A DNA stretch of 64,000 nt from Bacilli bacterium (GTDB lineage: Bacteria > Bacillota_I > Bacilli_A > RF39 > UBA660), in NCBI GenBank assembly GCA_036667875.1, contig JAVWTD010000001.1, forward strand, positions 5,767-69,766, given 5' to 3'. Made by a program: the position numbers and the translations under genes. Positions 27,576-37,534 of the stretch are shown piece after piece. Within the stretch, counting starts at the first letter, position 1. Each line of letters begins with the position of its first letter. The notes under the pieces were generated by a model. It saw only the letters and a program-made list of their open reading frames with translations, was not told the DNA's origin and searched no databases.

Positions 27576-28298
27576 TTAATCACCTAAACTTTCTAAATAA
27601 ATTTTACTAAAATTTATGTCTTGAATTATTGATATTTCATTTAGTTTTGCTAAATTTAAAATTGATAAAAATGTAACTATAATATATTCTTTTGAATAAA
27701 CATCAAAAAGACTTGTAAATTCAACCTTTTTCTTTTCCTTAAGAATAAATTTAATTTGATTACATCTTTCTTTTATAGAGTATTCTTTATTAGTTATTTT
27801 GGTTTCTAATGGTTTGTCAAGTTCTTTTCTTTCTATCATTTTATTAAAAGCTGACATTAAATCATTAATGTTAAAGTTTTCAGTCAGATCTTTTGTTTTG
27901 TTATCATATATATTTAAATCTGTTGCTTTTTTTGTAAATATTTGATTTCTTTCTTTTTCAAGATTTTTTAATTTTTGTGTTACTTCTTTATATTTTTCAT
28001 ATTCTAAAAGTTTTTTTATCAAATTTTCTCTAGGATCTTCTTCAAATTCATCTTCTTCTAAAATTTTCTTTTTAGGCAATAAAATATATGATTTTATTTC
28101 TATCAGTTCAGCAGCCATTACTAAATATTCTGAAGCAATATTTAAATTTAATTGCTCCATAAGCTTTAAATAATTCATGTATTGTTTTGTTACATCATTA
28201 ATTGATACATCAAATATATCAACTTTAGATTCTTTGATTAGATGTAATAATAAATCTAAGGGTCCTTCAAAATCTTTTATTTCAATAACATAATTCAT
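27576..28298 (-). CDS. scpA: segregation and condensation protein A
   Basis: FEGPLDLLLHLIKESKVDIFDVSINDVTKQY. Confidence 0.85.
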   Translation of the reverse strand: MNYVIEIKDFEGPLDLLLHLIKESKVDIFDVSINDVTKQYMNYLKLMEQLNLNIASEYLVMAAELIEIKSYILLPKKKILEEDEFEEDPRENLIKKLLEYEKYKEVTQKLKNLEKERNQIFTKKATDLNIYDNKTKDLTENFNINDLMSAFNKMIERKELDKPLETKITNKEYSIKERCNQIKFILKEKKKVEFTSLFDVYSKEYIIVTFLSILNLAKLNEISIIQDINFSKIYLESLGD

Positions 28299-28372
28299 AA
28301 TTCACATCCATGTCTATTAAACAATTATATCATAATTTTATTATATATGATATAATATGCATGGTGATTTAA

Positions 28373-28675
28373 ATGAAAAATTTTACTATGAAAGACGAAA
28401 AATTTGTTTGCGAAAATTGTAATAGGGAAGTAACAAAATTGAATTATACAGCTAGAGATCATTGTCCATTCTGTTTATTTTCTAAACATCTTGATATATT
28501 ACCGGGTGATAGATTAAATAAATGTCAAGGTTTGTTAGAACCCATTGGAATAGAAAAATTTAAAAATACTTTTAAAATAATATATAAATGTCAAAAATGT
28601 GGAGAAACCCATAAAAATATTGTTGCAAATGATGATAATGAAAATTTAATTATACAATTATCTATTGTAAAATAA
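28373..28675 (+). CDS. RNHCP-domain zinc-ribbon protein
   Basis: CENCNRE...ARDHCPFCLFSKH...CQKCGETH: four Cys pairs, RDHCP variant of the RNHCP motif. Confidence 0.5.
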   Translation: MKNFTMKDEKFVCENCNREVTKLNYTARDHCPFCLFSKHLDILPGDRLNKCQGLLEPIGIEKFKNTFKIIYKCQKCGETHKNIVANDDNENLIIQLSIVK

Positions 28676-28696
28676 AAAAGAGTAAAAACTCTTTTT

Positions 28697-29224
28697 TTAA
28701 AACCCTAAAATTCTTATAATTATTGGAAAAAAGGCAATTGCTAATAAAATTACAGCAATAAATACAACAATATATATAATGTTTTTTTTGAATTTTGCAT
28801 CGTCTGCTTTTAATTCTCTTTTTATTACTCGTTCATCAAGAACTTCTTCTACTTTAGCAATTTCTTCAACTTTTAGGTCTTCTGCGTTAGCTGTTCCAGT
28901 TACTTTAAATTTTTCTTCTTCATTAAAAACTTTTGCTTTAATTTCAGAATTAGAATCTACAGTTACAGTTTTTATCTCCATATCTTCCATTCTTGTAGGT
29001 GCATTGGCTGAAACTTTAATTTCAACTTTGTTTTCTACGTTAGGATTTAATACTCTTTGAGTATTAAATTCTGGATTTGGTTTTGTATTTATTGGAGGTA
29101 TAGAATTTTCAATATTTGTTTGTTCACTATTTTGAACATTATTTAATGTATTATTATTTTCTAAATTATTTTGGTTTTTTATTTCATTATTTGATTCATT
29201 CATATTATTACCATTCACACTCAA
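28697..29224 (-). CDS. Asn-rich protein with C-terminal TM anchor
   Basis: Low-complexity N/Q-rich N-terminus, C-terminal IIYIVVFIAVILLAIAFFPIII. Confidence 0.45.
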   Translation of the reverse strand: MSVNGNNMNESNNEIKNQNNLENNNTLNNVQNSEQTNIENSIPPINTKPNPEFNTQRVLNPNVENKVEIKVSANAPTRMEDMEIKTVTVDSNSEIKAKVFNEEEKFKVTGTANAEDLKVEEIAKVEEVLDERVIKRELKADDAKFKKNIIYIVVFIAVILLAIAFFPIIIRILGF

Positions 29225-29825
29225 AACCTAAACTTGCATATTCCTCTGTTACTTGAACAGTATCTTGATTATAAACTCCAACAAGTTCTAAGGTTTCATC
29301 ACTTTCTATTTTTATATTTTTAATTGATGCCTTACTTAAATCAATTACTGAACTAATTTTTAATGCTGTTGAACTACTTTGTGAAGTTACTATACTGTAC
29401 CCCTTCAATTTTAGGTTAGTTGTTTTCCTTTTCTTATATCTATTATTTTCTGAATAAATATAATTCATGTATTCATCAGAGGTTCCTGAAAAGTTTAGTT
29501 CTTCAACAATACTTTTTAGTTTATTATTAGAATGATAAAGTTTAACAGTTATAAGTTTATCTCCTCCTGATTCAGATACAGTTTTGCTACATACTCCATA
29601 ATCTTGTCCTATTGGTTTAACTACTTCATATTCTTCTTTTGGCTTGTCTACAGGTTTTTCTACTTCTTCAGTGTTTGGTTTTTGAAATAATTGTCCTGTT
29701 TTAATTTTGGATACAAATTGATAAACATCCTTCATATTTATTATGAAAAAAAATAACAATCCGATTAAAACAGCATAAAGTATTCCTTCACTTTTCATTT
29801 TTACATTAAAACCCATTTTATTCAT
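29208..29825 (-). CDS. N-terminally membrane-anchored hypothetical protein
   Basis: TM at residues 14-32, then a beta-rich ectodomain. The 3' end overlaps the next gene by 17 nt. Confidence 0.45.
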   Translation of the reverse strand: MNKMGFNVKMKSEGILYAVLIGLLFFFIINMKDVYQFVSKIKTGQLFQKPNTEEVEKPVDKPKEEYEVVKPIGQDYGVCSKTVSESGGDKLITVKLYHSNNKLKSIVEELNFSGTSDEYMNYIYSENNRYKKRKTTNLKLKGYSIVTSQSSSTALKISSVIDLSKASIKNIKIESDETLELVGVYNQDTVQVTEEYASLGFECEW

Positions 29826-29946
29826 TTGACATCTCTCCTATCATACTAATTATATCAAATTATAATTAAAATATAAAGATATAACTATATTTCTTTAAAT
29901 ATAATTTTACGTCAATACATTTTTTTGCAATAATCTTACTTTTACA

Positions 29947-31185
29947 TTAAATAATCGAACGTTTTAATTTAACTACTGTCTCTACATGATAAGTATTTGG
30001 GAACATATCAAAAGGAGTAATTTCTAAAACTTCATATTTTTCCTTTAAAATATTTAAATCTCTTGCTAAAGTAATTGGATCACAAGAGACATATACAATT
30101 TTTTCTGGTTTTATTTGATAAATATCTTTTATGATGCTTGTCGTTAATCCACTTCTCGGTGGATCTACAATAATAGCATGAAATTTTTGATTAATTTCTT
30201 TAATTACTTTTTCTGTATCACCACAGATGAAATCTATATTTGAAATATTATTTATTTTTTTGTTTGTCTTCGCATCTTCGATTGCTGATTTTGATATTTC
30301 AATTCCCAATACTTTTTTTGCTTTTTTACTTGCAAATATTCCTATTGTTCCTGTACCACAATATAAATCTAAAATGTTTTGTGTTCCATCTAAATCTAAA
30401 TATTCTAAAACTTTATTATATAAATTTAATGTTTGCTCAGTATTAACTTGAAAAAAGGCTAGGGGACTAACGATAAATTCAAAAGTGTCTAATTTAGCCA
30501 AAATCTTACTTTCATCTTTTATATTGTAATGATTTTTTTCTATAAATGTGTTAAGTATTATATCGTTTTTATCAGAGTATTTTTGTATATCATCTATATT
30601 AGACGATTCATGTAAATATAAAGTTAAGGCAGTTTTAGAGGAATTAATATTTCTAATTGATATTTCATTAATATTTTTAAAATTATTAATTTGATTTAAA
30701 TCCTTTATAATTTTATTAATTTTATTGTTTGCTAATAAACATTCATTAATTAAAACTAATGAATTAGTTCTCCTTTTATAAAAGCCTAGACCATTTTGTA
30801 CTTTAAGAGTTATTTTATTTCTATAATTAAATTGATTTGGGCTTTCCACTATAGGTTCTACATTATCTATGTTAGCATATTTTTTCATTATATCTTTTAT
30901 TTTTTCGTTTTTATAATTTAATTGATTATTGTAATTAATATGTTGTAAGTCGCATCCTCCACATTCTTTATAATGAGGGCATTTACTTTCAATTCTATCT
31001 TTACTTATTTTAATCATTTTAACTAATGAAGCTTCATTATATTTCTTTTTTTGATTTATTATTTTTATATCTGCAATTTCTCCTGGTAGAGTATTTTCTA
31101 CAAAAGTAATTTTACCATCTATAAAGCAAATACCTCTTGCTTGATGATCTAATTTTTCTATTTTAACTTCCAAAGTAAACACCAC
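29947..31185 (-). CDS. rlmD: 23S rRNA (uracil-5-)-methyltransferase RlmD/RumA family (TRAM + Fe-S + SAM MTase)
   Basis: TRAM-like N-terminus, Cys cluster CPHYKECGGCDLQH, SAM motif LDLYCGTGTIG, catalytic PPR. Confidence 0.85.
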   Translation of the reverse strand: MVFTLEVKIEKLDHQARGICFIDGKITFVENTLPGEIADIKIINQKKKYNEASLVKMIKISKDRIESKCPHYKECGGCDLQHINYNNQLNYKNEKIKDIMKKYANIDNVEPIVESPNQFNYRNKITLKVQNGLGFYKRRTNSLVLINECLLANNKINKIIKDLNQINNFKNINEISIRNINSSKTALTLYLHESSNIDDIQKYSDKNDIILNTFIEKNHYNIKDESKILAKLDTFEFIVSPLAFFQVNTEQTLNLYNKVLEYLDLDGTQNILDLYCGTGTIGIFASKKAKKVLGIEISKSAIEDAKTNKKINNISNIDFICGDTEKVIKEINQKFHAIIVDPPRSGLTTSIIKDIYQIKPEKIVYVSCDPITLARDLNILKEKYEVLEITPFDMFPNTYHVETVVKLKRSII

Positions 31186-31280
31186 TTTCTTTATATAATT
31201 ATATCATGTATGTTTCTTTTTTTAAATAGGTCATAATATTATAATTTTTATTTTAAAAAAAACATAGTTTCCTATGTTTG

Positions 31281-32270
31281 CTAATTATCAATTAAGTTTA
31301 AATTTTCAAGCATTATTCCTGTACCTTCTGCTACACAAGTTAAGGGGTTACTTGCAACATAAACAGGAACTTTTAGTTCTTGCTCTAATAATCTATCTAG
31401 ACCATCTATTAAAGCTCCTCCTCCAGTTAATACAATTCCTTTATCAATTATATCTGCTGATAATTCTGGTGGAGTTATTTCTAATATATTTTTTACATTT
31501 CTTATAATTTCATCAACAGATTCAAACAGTGCTTCTTCGACCTCTTCTGATGAAATGACTATTGTTTTTGGTAAACCTGTAACAATGTCTCTTCCTCTTA
31601 CATCCATTTTTTCATTTTTTTTATTTGAAAATACTGTACCAATTGTTAGTTTTATTTTTTCAGATGTCGTTTCACCTATAAGAAGTTTGTATTTGTTTTT
31701 TATATATTTTGTTATTTCTAAATCAAATGTATTTCCAGCTATTTTTATACTTGCACTGTTTACAATGCCTCCTAGAGACAATACAGCTATATCTGTAGTT
31801 CCTCCACCTATATCAATAATCATGTTTCCACTTGGCTTAGATATATCTAATCCTGCTCCTATTGCTGCAACTTTAGGTTCTTCTTCAATAAAAACTTTTC
31901 TTGCTCCTGTTTTCTCAGTTGCTTCTCTAATTGCATTTTTTTCAACTTGAGTAATATTAGAAGGACAGCAAATAAGTATTCTTGGCTTTGAGAATGGATT
32001 TTTTCCATTTATTTTTTTTATGAAACTATTTAGCATTATTTCTGTTAATTCAAAATCTGCAATTACCCCATCTTTCATAGGTTTAATGGCTTCAAATTTT
32101 CCTGGAGTTTTCCCTAGCATTTCTTTTGCTTCTGTTCCAACTGCTAATGATTTTTTTGTTTCCAATTCAATAGCAACGACACTGGGCTCATTTAAAACAA
32201 TTCCTTGACCTTTTATATAAATTAATACATTAGCCGTTCCTAAATCTATTCCTATGTCATGAAAAAACAT
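31281..32270 (-). CDS. mbl: rod-shape protein MreB/Mbl
   Basis: DIGIDLGTANVLIY..., actin-fold ATPase motifs. Lies downstream of spoIIID, as for Bacillus mbl. Confidence 0.9.
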   Translation of the reverse strand: MFFHDIGIDLGTANVLIYIKGQGIVLNEPSVVAIELETKKSLAVGTEAKEMLGKTPGKFEAIKPMKDGVIADFELTEIMLNSFIKKINGKNPFSKPRILICCPSNITQVEKNAIREATEKTGARKVFIEEEPKVAAIGAGLDISKPSGNMIIDIGGGTTDIAVLSLGGIVNSASIKIAGNTFDLEITKYIKNKYKLLIGETTSEKIKLTIGTVFSNKKNEKMDVRGRDIVTGLPKTIVISSEEVEEALFESVDEIIRNVKNILEITPPELSADIIDKGIVLTGGGALIDGLDRLLEQELKVPVYVASNPLTCVAEGTGIMLENLNLIDN

Positions 32271-32274
32271 TTTA

Positions 32275-32523
32275 TCACCTTGCTTTATATTTTAATTTGG
32301 TTGCTTCTCCACCTTTAATATGTCTTATTTTAAGATGATAATCCATTATGCATTTTACTTTAGCATATTTCTTTTTATCTATTTTTTTTAATCTTTCTAC
32401 TAAATCTTTGTGAACTGTACTTTTAGACACATTAAACTTTAAAGCGATTTCTCTTACTGTTTCGTTTGTTTTTATAATATAATTATATTCTTCTAAAATT
32501 CTTTTTAATATTAAAGAATCCAT
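32275..32523 (-). CDS. spoIIID: sporulation transcriptional regulator SpoIIID
   Basis: 82 aa. VREIALKFNVSKSTVHKDLVERL...YHLKIRHIKGGEATKLKYK closely parallels the B. subtilis SpoIIID HTH and C-terminal basic region. Confidence 0.8.
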   Translation of the reverse strand: MDSLILKRILEEYNYIIKTNETVREIALKFNVSKSTVHKDLVERLKKIDKKKYAKVKCIMDYHLKIRHIKGGEATKLKYKAR

Positions 32524-32561
32524 ATAACACCTCTACTAAAGTATATAGATTCTTTTTCTTA

Positions 32562-33248
32562 TTATTCCTTTATATTATTTATGTTTTTATCAAAATAGAA
32601 TTCAGGATCAACTATTTTGTCATCAACAATTAATTCAAATAACAAATGTGATTTTAAATCTTTATTAAGATTAGATTCTCCACTTGAAGCAATTTTTTGA
32701 CCTTGTTTAACAACATCGTTTTGTTTTACTAAAACGTCTTTTACGCTTTGATAAATACTAATTATTTTATTTTGATGTTCTATTTCGATTACTGTTCCAA
32801 CTAAATCATCTTCTTTTACACTTATAACTTTACCATCTAAAATAGACACTATATCAAAATTATCTACTCCTCCATATGCGATTGAACAGTTTTGCATATA
32901 TGTTGATTCATAAAAAATAATTGAATTTTCTTGATTCAGCTCTTCATCTTTATAGTCATAAAAATCTTTTAAAACTTTAACATCTTTACTTAGAAATGGT
33001 TTATTAATTTTTATTTCATTATTAGAAACCATTACTTCATCATCAAAAACTGTTTTATTTACATAATTTAAATCTTTTGGTTTTGATTTTTCTGTTTCGG
33101 ACAAATTATTATTTGTATAAAAAATCAATGAAACAAAGGCTGTAAAAATTAGTAAAACTGTTGCTATTTTTGCTGATTTTCTTACTCTATATTTTTTCAT
33201 CTTTTCACCTCTACTTATATTTTGTAAAGTTTTTATTTTTTTATACAA
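32562..33248 (-). CDS. spoIIQ: membrane-anchored degenerate M23/LytM-domain protein (SpoIIQ-like)
   Basis: N-terminal TM. The LytM fold reads GTVIEIEHQNKIISIYQSV...GQKIASSGES...SHLLFEL, with the HxH catalytic motif degenerated to SHLLF, as in SpoIIQ. Sits between spoIID and spoIIID. Confidence 0.55.
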   Translation of the reverse strand: MYKKIKTLQNISRGEKMKKYRVRKSAKIATVLLIFTAFVSLIFYTNNNLSETEKSKPKDLNYVNKTVFDDEVMVSNNEIKINKPFLSKDVKVLKDFYDYKDEELNQENSIIFYESTYMQNCSIAYGGVDNFDIVSILDGKVISVKEDDLVGTVIEIEHQNKIISIYQSVKDVLVKQNDVVKQGQKIASSGESNLNKDLKSHLLFELIVDDKIVDPEFYFDKNINNIKE

Positions 33249-34144
33249 GATATTTTGGTGTTTTGATAATAATATTTTAAGATCTCATCATATTTATAAT
33301 TTTTAAGTGCCATAGCTTGGGCACCGTACTGACTCATACCAACACCGTGACCATATCCTTTTGATACTATTTTTATAATATCATTTTCTGAATTTATCTT
33401 AAAATAAGTCGAACGTAAATTTAAAATTTCCATTACTTTAGATGCTTGAAATTCTACATTATTAATAATAATTTTTTTGTTTCTTCCTGTAGAGGTAGTT
33501 TCAATATAATTGACATTTAGAATAGAAGAAGAGGGGAGAGAAAGTTTTTTAAAAAATTCAGATTTGCTAAAAAAAATGTTTTCAGTAAAAACTGGTGATA
33601 TATCATCCCATTTTGAATCAACACTTTTTAGATATGGTTTTTCTGTTCCAAATATTTCTTCAGAATTTTCAGTTTTTCCAGTACTCGTAGAAAAAAAGAA
33701 AGTATATGCTATTTCTCCTTTATATTCTAAATATTGTCCTTCTGTTTTTTGTACAGCTTCCTTAATCTTATTAATATTGTTGATATAGTCATTTTTCCAA
33801 GTTTTTTTTAAATATTCATAATCTAAATATACTTGATTCATTACTGTATCAACTAAATCATAATCTTTTCCTTTGTTTTCATTTATTTTAATTAAAGCGT
33901 AACTTCTTGCAGCAACTGCTTGAGCTTTAAGGGCTTCAATATCAAAAGATACGGGCATTTCACCAGCTAGAACACCTACTATGTAATCTTCAAAATAAAC
34001 TTTATCAATTTTATCAGCTCTTTTTATTCTTACTTTAAAAGAATCAATATGACTAAATGATATTTCTTCTTTTTTAAAAAAAATATTTACAACTATAAAT
34101 GGTATAAGAATTATTAGCATTGAAAAAAGCAGTACTTTTTTCAT
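33233..34144 (-). CDS. spoIID: stage II sporulation protein D (SpoIID/LytB lytic transglycosylase family)
   Basis: YIVGVLAGEMPVSFDIEALKAQAVAARSYAL... and GYGHGVGMSQYGAQAMA are SpoIID-domain signatures. N-terminal TM. Confidence 0.8.
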   Translation of the reverse strand: MKKVLLFSMLIILIPFIVVNIFFKKEEISFSHIDSFKVRIKRADKIDKVYFEDYIVGVLAGEMPVSFDIEALKAQAVAARSYALIKINENKGKDYDLVDTVMNQVYLDYEYLKKTWKNDYINNINKIKEAVQKTEGQYLEYKGEIAYTFFFSTSTGKTENSEEIFGTEKPYLKSVDSKWDDISPVFTENIFFSKSEFFKKLSLPSSSILNVNYIETTSTGRNKKIIINNVEFQASKVMEILNLRSTYFKINSENDIIKIVSKGYGHGVGMSQYGAQAMALKNYKYDEILKYYYQNTKISCIKK

Positions 34145-34359
34145 ATAAACCTCCTTTATATTACTTGTACTACTTTATAAAACTTGAATTTAAAAAGAAA
34201 TCGAACAAAAAGTTTGTTGAAAGGTAGGATAGAGACATTGTTAATAATAAAAACAATATCTTAGCCTGGTTTATTTTGTATGGTTGTATAATTTTTTTAT
34301 AATCTAAAGCATTTAATGCGTATAATGACAAAGGTACCGTCAATATATAAAGTATTGCT

Positions 34360-34797
34360 TTAATTGTCAAAAGAATCAACCATTTCGTTACGTCTTATGT
34401 GTCTCTCTTCGTTAGAAAATTTTGTTTTTACAAACATATCTAAGATATCTCTTGATCTGTAAACACCCATTTCTGTTGAAAAAGCGGCCATATTTGCGTT
34501 ATTATGGAATCTTGTGTAATATGCGTCTCTTAAGGTATCTAATTTTGCACATCTTATTCCTTTTACTTTATTAGCGGCTATAGACATTCCTACACCTGTT
34601 CCACATAATAATATTCCGAAATCTACTTCTTTATTACAAACCTTTTCTGCACATTTAAAAGCTAATTCTGGATAGTCAACAGGTTCTTGAGAATCAACTC
34701 CTAAATCTATAACATCATATCCTTTATGCTCTAAATAGTTTTTAAAATCATACTTCATTTTAACCCCATGATGGTCATTTGCTATTGCAATAGTCAT
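34360..34797 (-). CDS. rpiB: ribose-5-phosphate isomerase B (RpiB/LacAB family)
   Basis: MTIAIANDHHGVKMKY...GILLCGTGVGMSIAANK. Confidence 0.85.
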   Translation of the reverse strand: MTIAIANDHHGVKMKYDFKNYLEHKGYDVIDLGVDSQEPVDYPELAFKCAEKVCNKEVDFGILLCGTGVGMSIAANKVKGIRCAKLDTLRDAYYTRFHNNANMAAFSTEMGVYRSRDILDMFVKTKFSNEERHIRRNEMVDSFDN

Positions 34798-34931
34798 GTT
34801 ATCATCCTTTCTAAGATAATTAAATTATATCATAACTTTTCATAGATGTAAATTAATATTGTATGTTGAAAGTGTAAAGTTTCATTTTTTTAGAAATATA
34901 AAAGGAAAAGAGCACAATAGTGCTCTTCATT

Positions 34932-36371
34932 TTATTCTTTTAATATATTTTTTAAAACGATAGTTTTTGTTCGAGATAATTCTTTAAGAGTCGATGATAT
35001 TCCTTCATTTCCGATACCACTATATTTCCATCCACCGAAAGGCATTTCTGCCGATCTAAAGAAACTTGCACCATTAATTACTGCTCCTCCAACTTCAAGA
35101 GCATTAGCTACTTTAAAAGATTTTTTCATATTTTCACTTATTACGCTACCACATAAACCAAATGAAGATTGATTTGCAATCTCTATAGCTTCATTAATTG
35201 TATCAAATCCTATGACTGAAATTACGGGTCCAAAAATTTCCATATCTTTTGCAACATCCATATCTTTTGTTACATTATCAATGATTGTTGGTTCATAAAA
35301 TGCACCTTTTCTATGACCACCAATTACGATATTGGCACCAGCATCTATTGTTTGTTTAACTTGTTCTTCAACTTTTTTAGCTGCTGATTCGTTAATCAAA
35401 CAACCTATTTGTGTTGAAGGGTCTGAAGGTAAGCCTTGTTTTAAAGTTTTGATTTTTTTTACCATTTTTTCTATATATTTATCTTTTATAGAATTATGAA
35501 TTAAAAATCTTTTACTAGAACAACAAACTTGACCTGTATTATAAAGCCTTCCCCATACAGTTTCTTCAACTGCTAAATCTAAATTTCCATCTTCTAAAAC
35601 TATAAAGGCATCATTTCCACCTAACTCAAGCATTACGTGAGTCAAATTTTTACTACAAGTAGCCATAGTTTCCATACCAGCTCTAGTTGAACCGGTTAAA
35701 CTTACACAATGAACTAGAGGATGAGCAGCAAGCTCATGGCCAACAATTTCACCTTTTCCATGAATAATATTAACAACTCCAGCAGGTACTCCTGCTTTTA
35801 AGAGTAGTTCGACATATCTTGATAAAGTTAAAGGATTACAAGAAGATGGTTTTATTATGACTGAATTTCCCATTATTAATGCCGATGGTACCTTTTGCCC
35901 AAAAAGGTCACAAGGGAAATTAAATGGAATTATACAAGCGACTACACCGAGTGGTTCTTGTACTGTAAATTGAATTGTAGATTCTTGTCCTGGTTCTGAA
36001 CCAACTGGAATGTTCAAACCATACATGTGTTTAGCACGTTCTACATAACCATTAACAAATATTTTAGTATTTCCGATTTCCGCAATTGCTTCAGATATAG
36101 GTTTCCCTGTTTCATCTGATAGCAATTTTGATAAAGATTCTTTTTCATTTTCAACGAGACAAGCAAATTTTTTTAAAATTTCTCCACGCTCATGCATGGG
36201 AGTCTTCGACCATTTTTTATAAGCTATATTAGCGATTTTAACTACCTTATCTACGTCTTCTTTAGTAGATGAAGGAATAGTATCAATTAATTCATTAGTG
36301 GCTGGATTTATTATTTCAATAATTTGATTATTACTTGAATCAAGTAACTCATTCCCAATTATATTTTTCAT
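34932..36371 (-). CDS. NAD(P)-dependent aldehyde dehydrogenase
   Basis: 479 aa; ELGGNDAFIV (catalytic Glu region), GQVCCSSKRF (catalytic Cys), GSTRAG. Confidence 0.85.
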   Translation of the reverse strand: MKNIIGNELLDSSNNQIIEIINPATNELIDTIPSSTKEDVDKVVKIANIAYKKWSKTPMHERGEILKKFACLVENEKESLSKLLSDETGKPISEAIAEIGNTKIFVNGYVERAKHMYGLNIPVGSEPGQESTIQFTVQEPLGVVACIIPFNFPCDLFGQKVPSALIMGNSVIIKPSSCNPLTLSRYVELLLKAGVPAGVVNIIHGKGEIVGHELAAHPLVHCVSLTGSTRAGMETMATCSKNLTHVMLELGGNDAFIVLEDGNLDLAVEETVWGRLYNTGQVCCSSKRFLIHNSIKDKYIEKMVKKIKTLKQGLPSDPSTQIGCLINESAAKKVEEQVKQTIDAGANIVIGGHRKGAFYEPTIIDNVTKDMDVAKDMEIFGPVISVIGFDTINEAIEIANQSSFGLCGSVISENMKKSFKVANALEVGGAVINGASFFRSAEMPFGGWKYSGIGNEGISSTLKELSRTKTIVLKNILKE

Positions 36372-37534
36372 TCTTCTTTATCGAATCCTGTAAATGATAA
36401 CATTAATCCACCACACGTATTTCTTGAGTGTTCGTTATAACCATACTCACCAAATGTGAAAATTGTTATAAAAGGAACATCTTTAGTAACACTTTTAATA
36501 CTATTATATACTTCTTCTAGTCTATCACCAATACCTACTTTTCGACCACCACAATGTACTAAAAAGTAAGCACCTGGATTTTTTAATTTCTTATTAACTT
36601 CATTTAATGTTTTACCAGTTGAAGATATTAACTCATCAACTGTAGATTCCATTTGAATAATTGCAGTATTTTCTACTACTTTATTACCTAGACTAATACT
36701 ATAATCATCATTACCTGCCATAGGATGTCTAATTGCTATTAAATCTCCCAATGATTCTTTAACTCCTAATGGCTTAGTAACCGATGCAACTAATAAGTTG
36801 CTACCCATAAGATCATTAACACTTGCTCCAGTCCATTCAGCATATTTTTTCAATGCTGGGACACCATCGATTTCAATTAAATTACGATCATTTTTTACTT
36901 TAGTGATTATACCTACATTTTTAGATTCTTTATAAGCACCTGTATAAACTGTTTCAATAGGTTTTTCAGTATAGAAGAATGCCACAGCTACACCATCAGA
37001 AAATGATTGATCATTGCATATTATTTTCCAATCACCTGAAATTGTATTGTCAGCTGCTGACCCTCCAAAAAATGGAACATCACCGATTACATCTTGTATA
37101 CCTTTAACATAAGACTCTTCTTCCTTAGGAGATGCAACCATATAATAATATGATGGGGCAAAATCTGCTCCTGCATTTTCTAAGGCTTCATAAGCGACCA
37201 TACGACCTGTTTCACGAGCGTCTTTTTTAAGTGGACTACCGGCAACACCAACAATCATTGATTCTTCTTCTATTGTAAGCATTCCAGCAAATCCATGATC
37301 AGAAGTAATTATTCCATCAGGAACAATTATTCCTCCTGAAGAAGTACATCCTATAAATGGAATGTCTTTCATTACTGATTGTACTCCTTTTATAACTTCT
37401 TCTTGATTGTAATCAACAGAAGTATATAACATACCTATTTTTGTCTTTTTTAAATTGTTTTGTGCCTTTAAAGCAGTTTCTTTTCCTGCTTCAAAAGCAT
37501 TCTCTAATGTACTATATCCAACATTAGATTTCAT
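36368..37534 (-). CDS. FIST-domain sensor protein (FIST_N + FIST_C)
   Basis: GGGAGGT RBS before ATG at 37534. IPFIGCTSSGGI..., VPFFGGSAADN..., FLVHCGGR...FTFGEYGYNEH follow the FIST N/C pattern. The stop overlaps the ALDH start (ATGA). Confidence 0.55.
   Translation of the reverse strand: MKSNVGYSTLENAFEAGKETALKAQNNLKKTKIGMLYTSVDYNQEEVIKGVQSVMKDIPFIGCTSSGGIIVPDGIITSDHGFAGMLTIEEESMIVGVAGSPLKKDARETGRMVAYEALENAGADFAPSYYYMVASPKEEESYVKGIQDVIGDVPFFGGSAADNTISGDWKIICNDQSFSDGVAVAFFYTEKPIETVYTGAYKESKNVGIITKVKNDRNLIEIDGVPALKKYAEWTGASVNDLMGSNLLVASVTKPLGVKESLGDLIAIRHPMAGNDDYSISLGNKVVENTAIIQMESTVDELISSTGKTLNEVNKKLKNPGAYFLVHCGGRKVGIGDRLEEVYNSIKSVTKDVPFITIFTFGEYGYNEHSRNTCGGLMLSFTGFDKEE

Noticed and set aside
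34170-34379. Minus-strand 69-aa hydrophobic ORF between spoIID and rpiB
   Set aside because: It overlaps the rpiB start. It could be a tiny membrane peptide, but it has no RBS and reads like an AT-rich spacer. Left unannotated.
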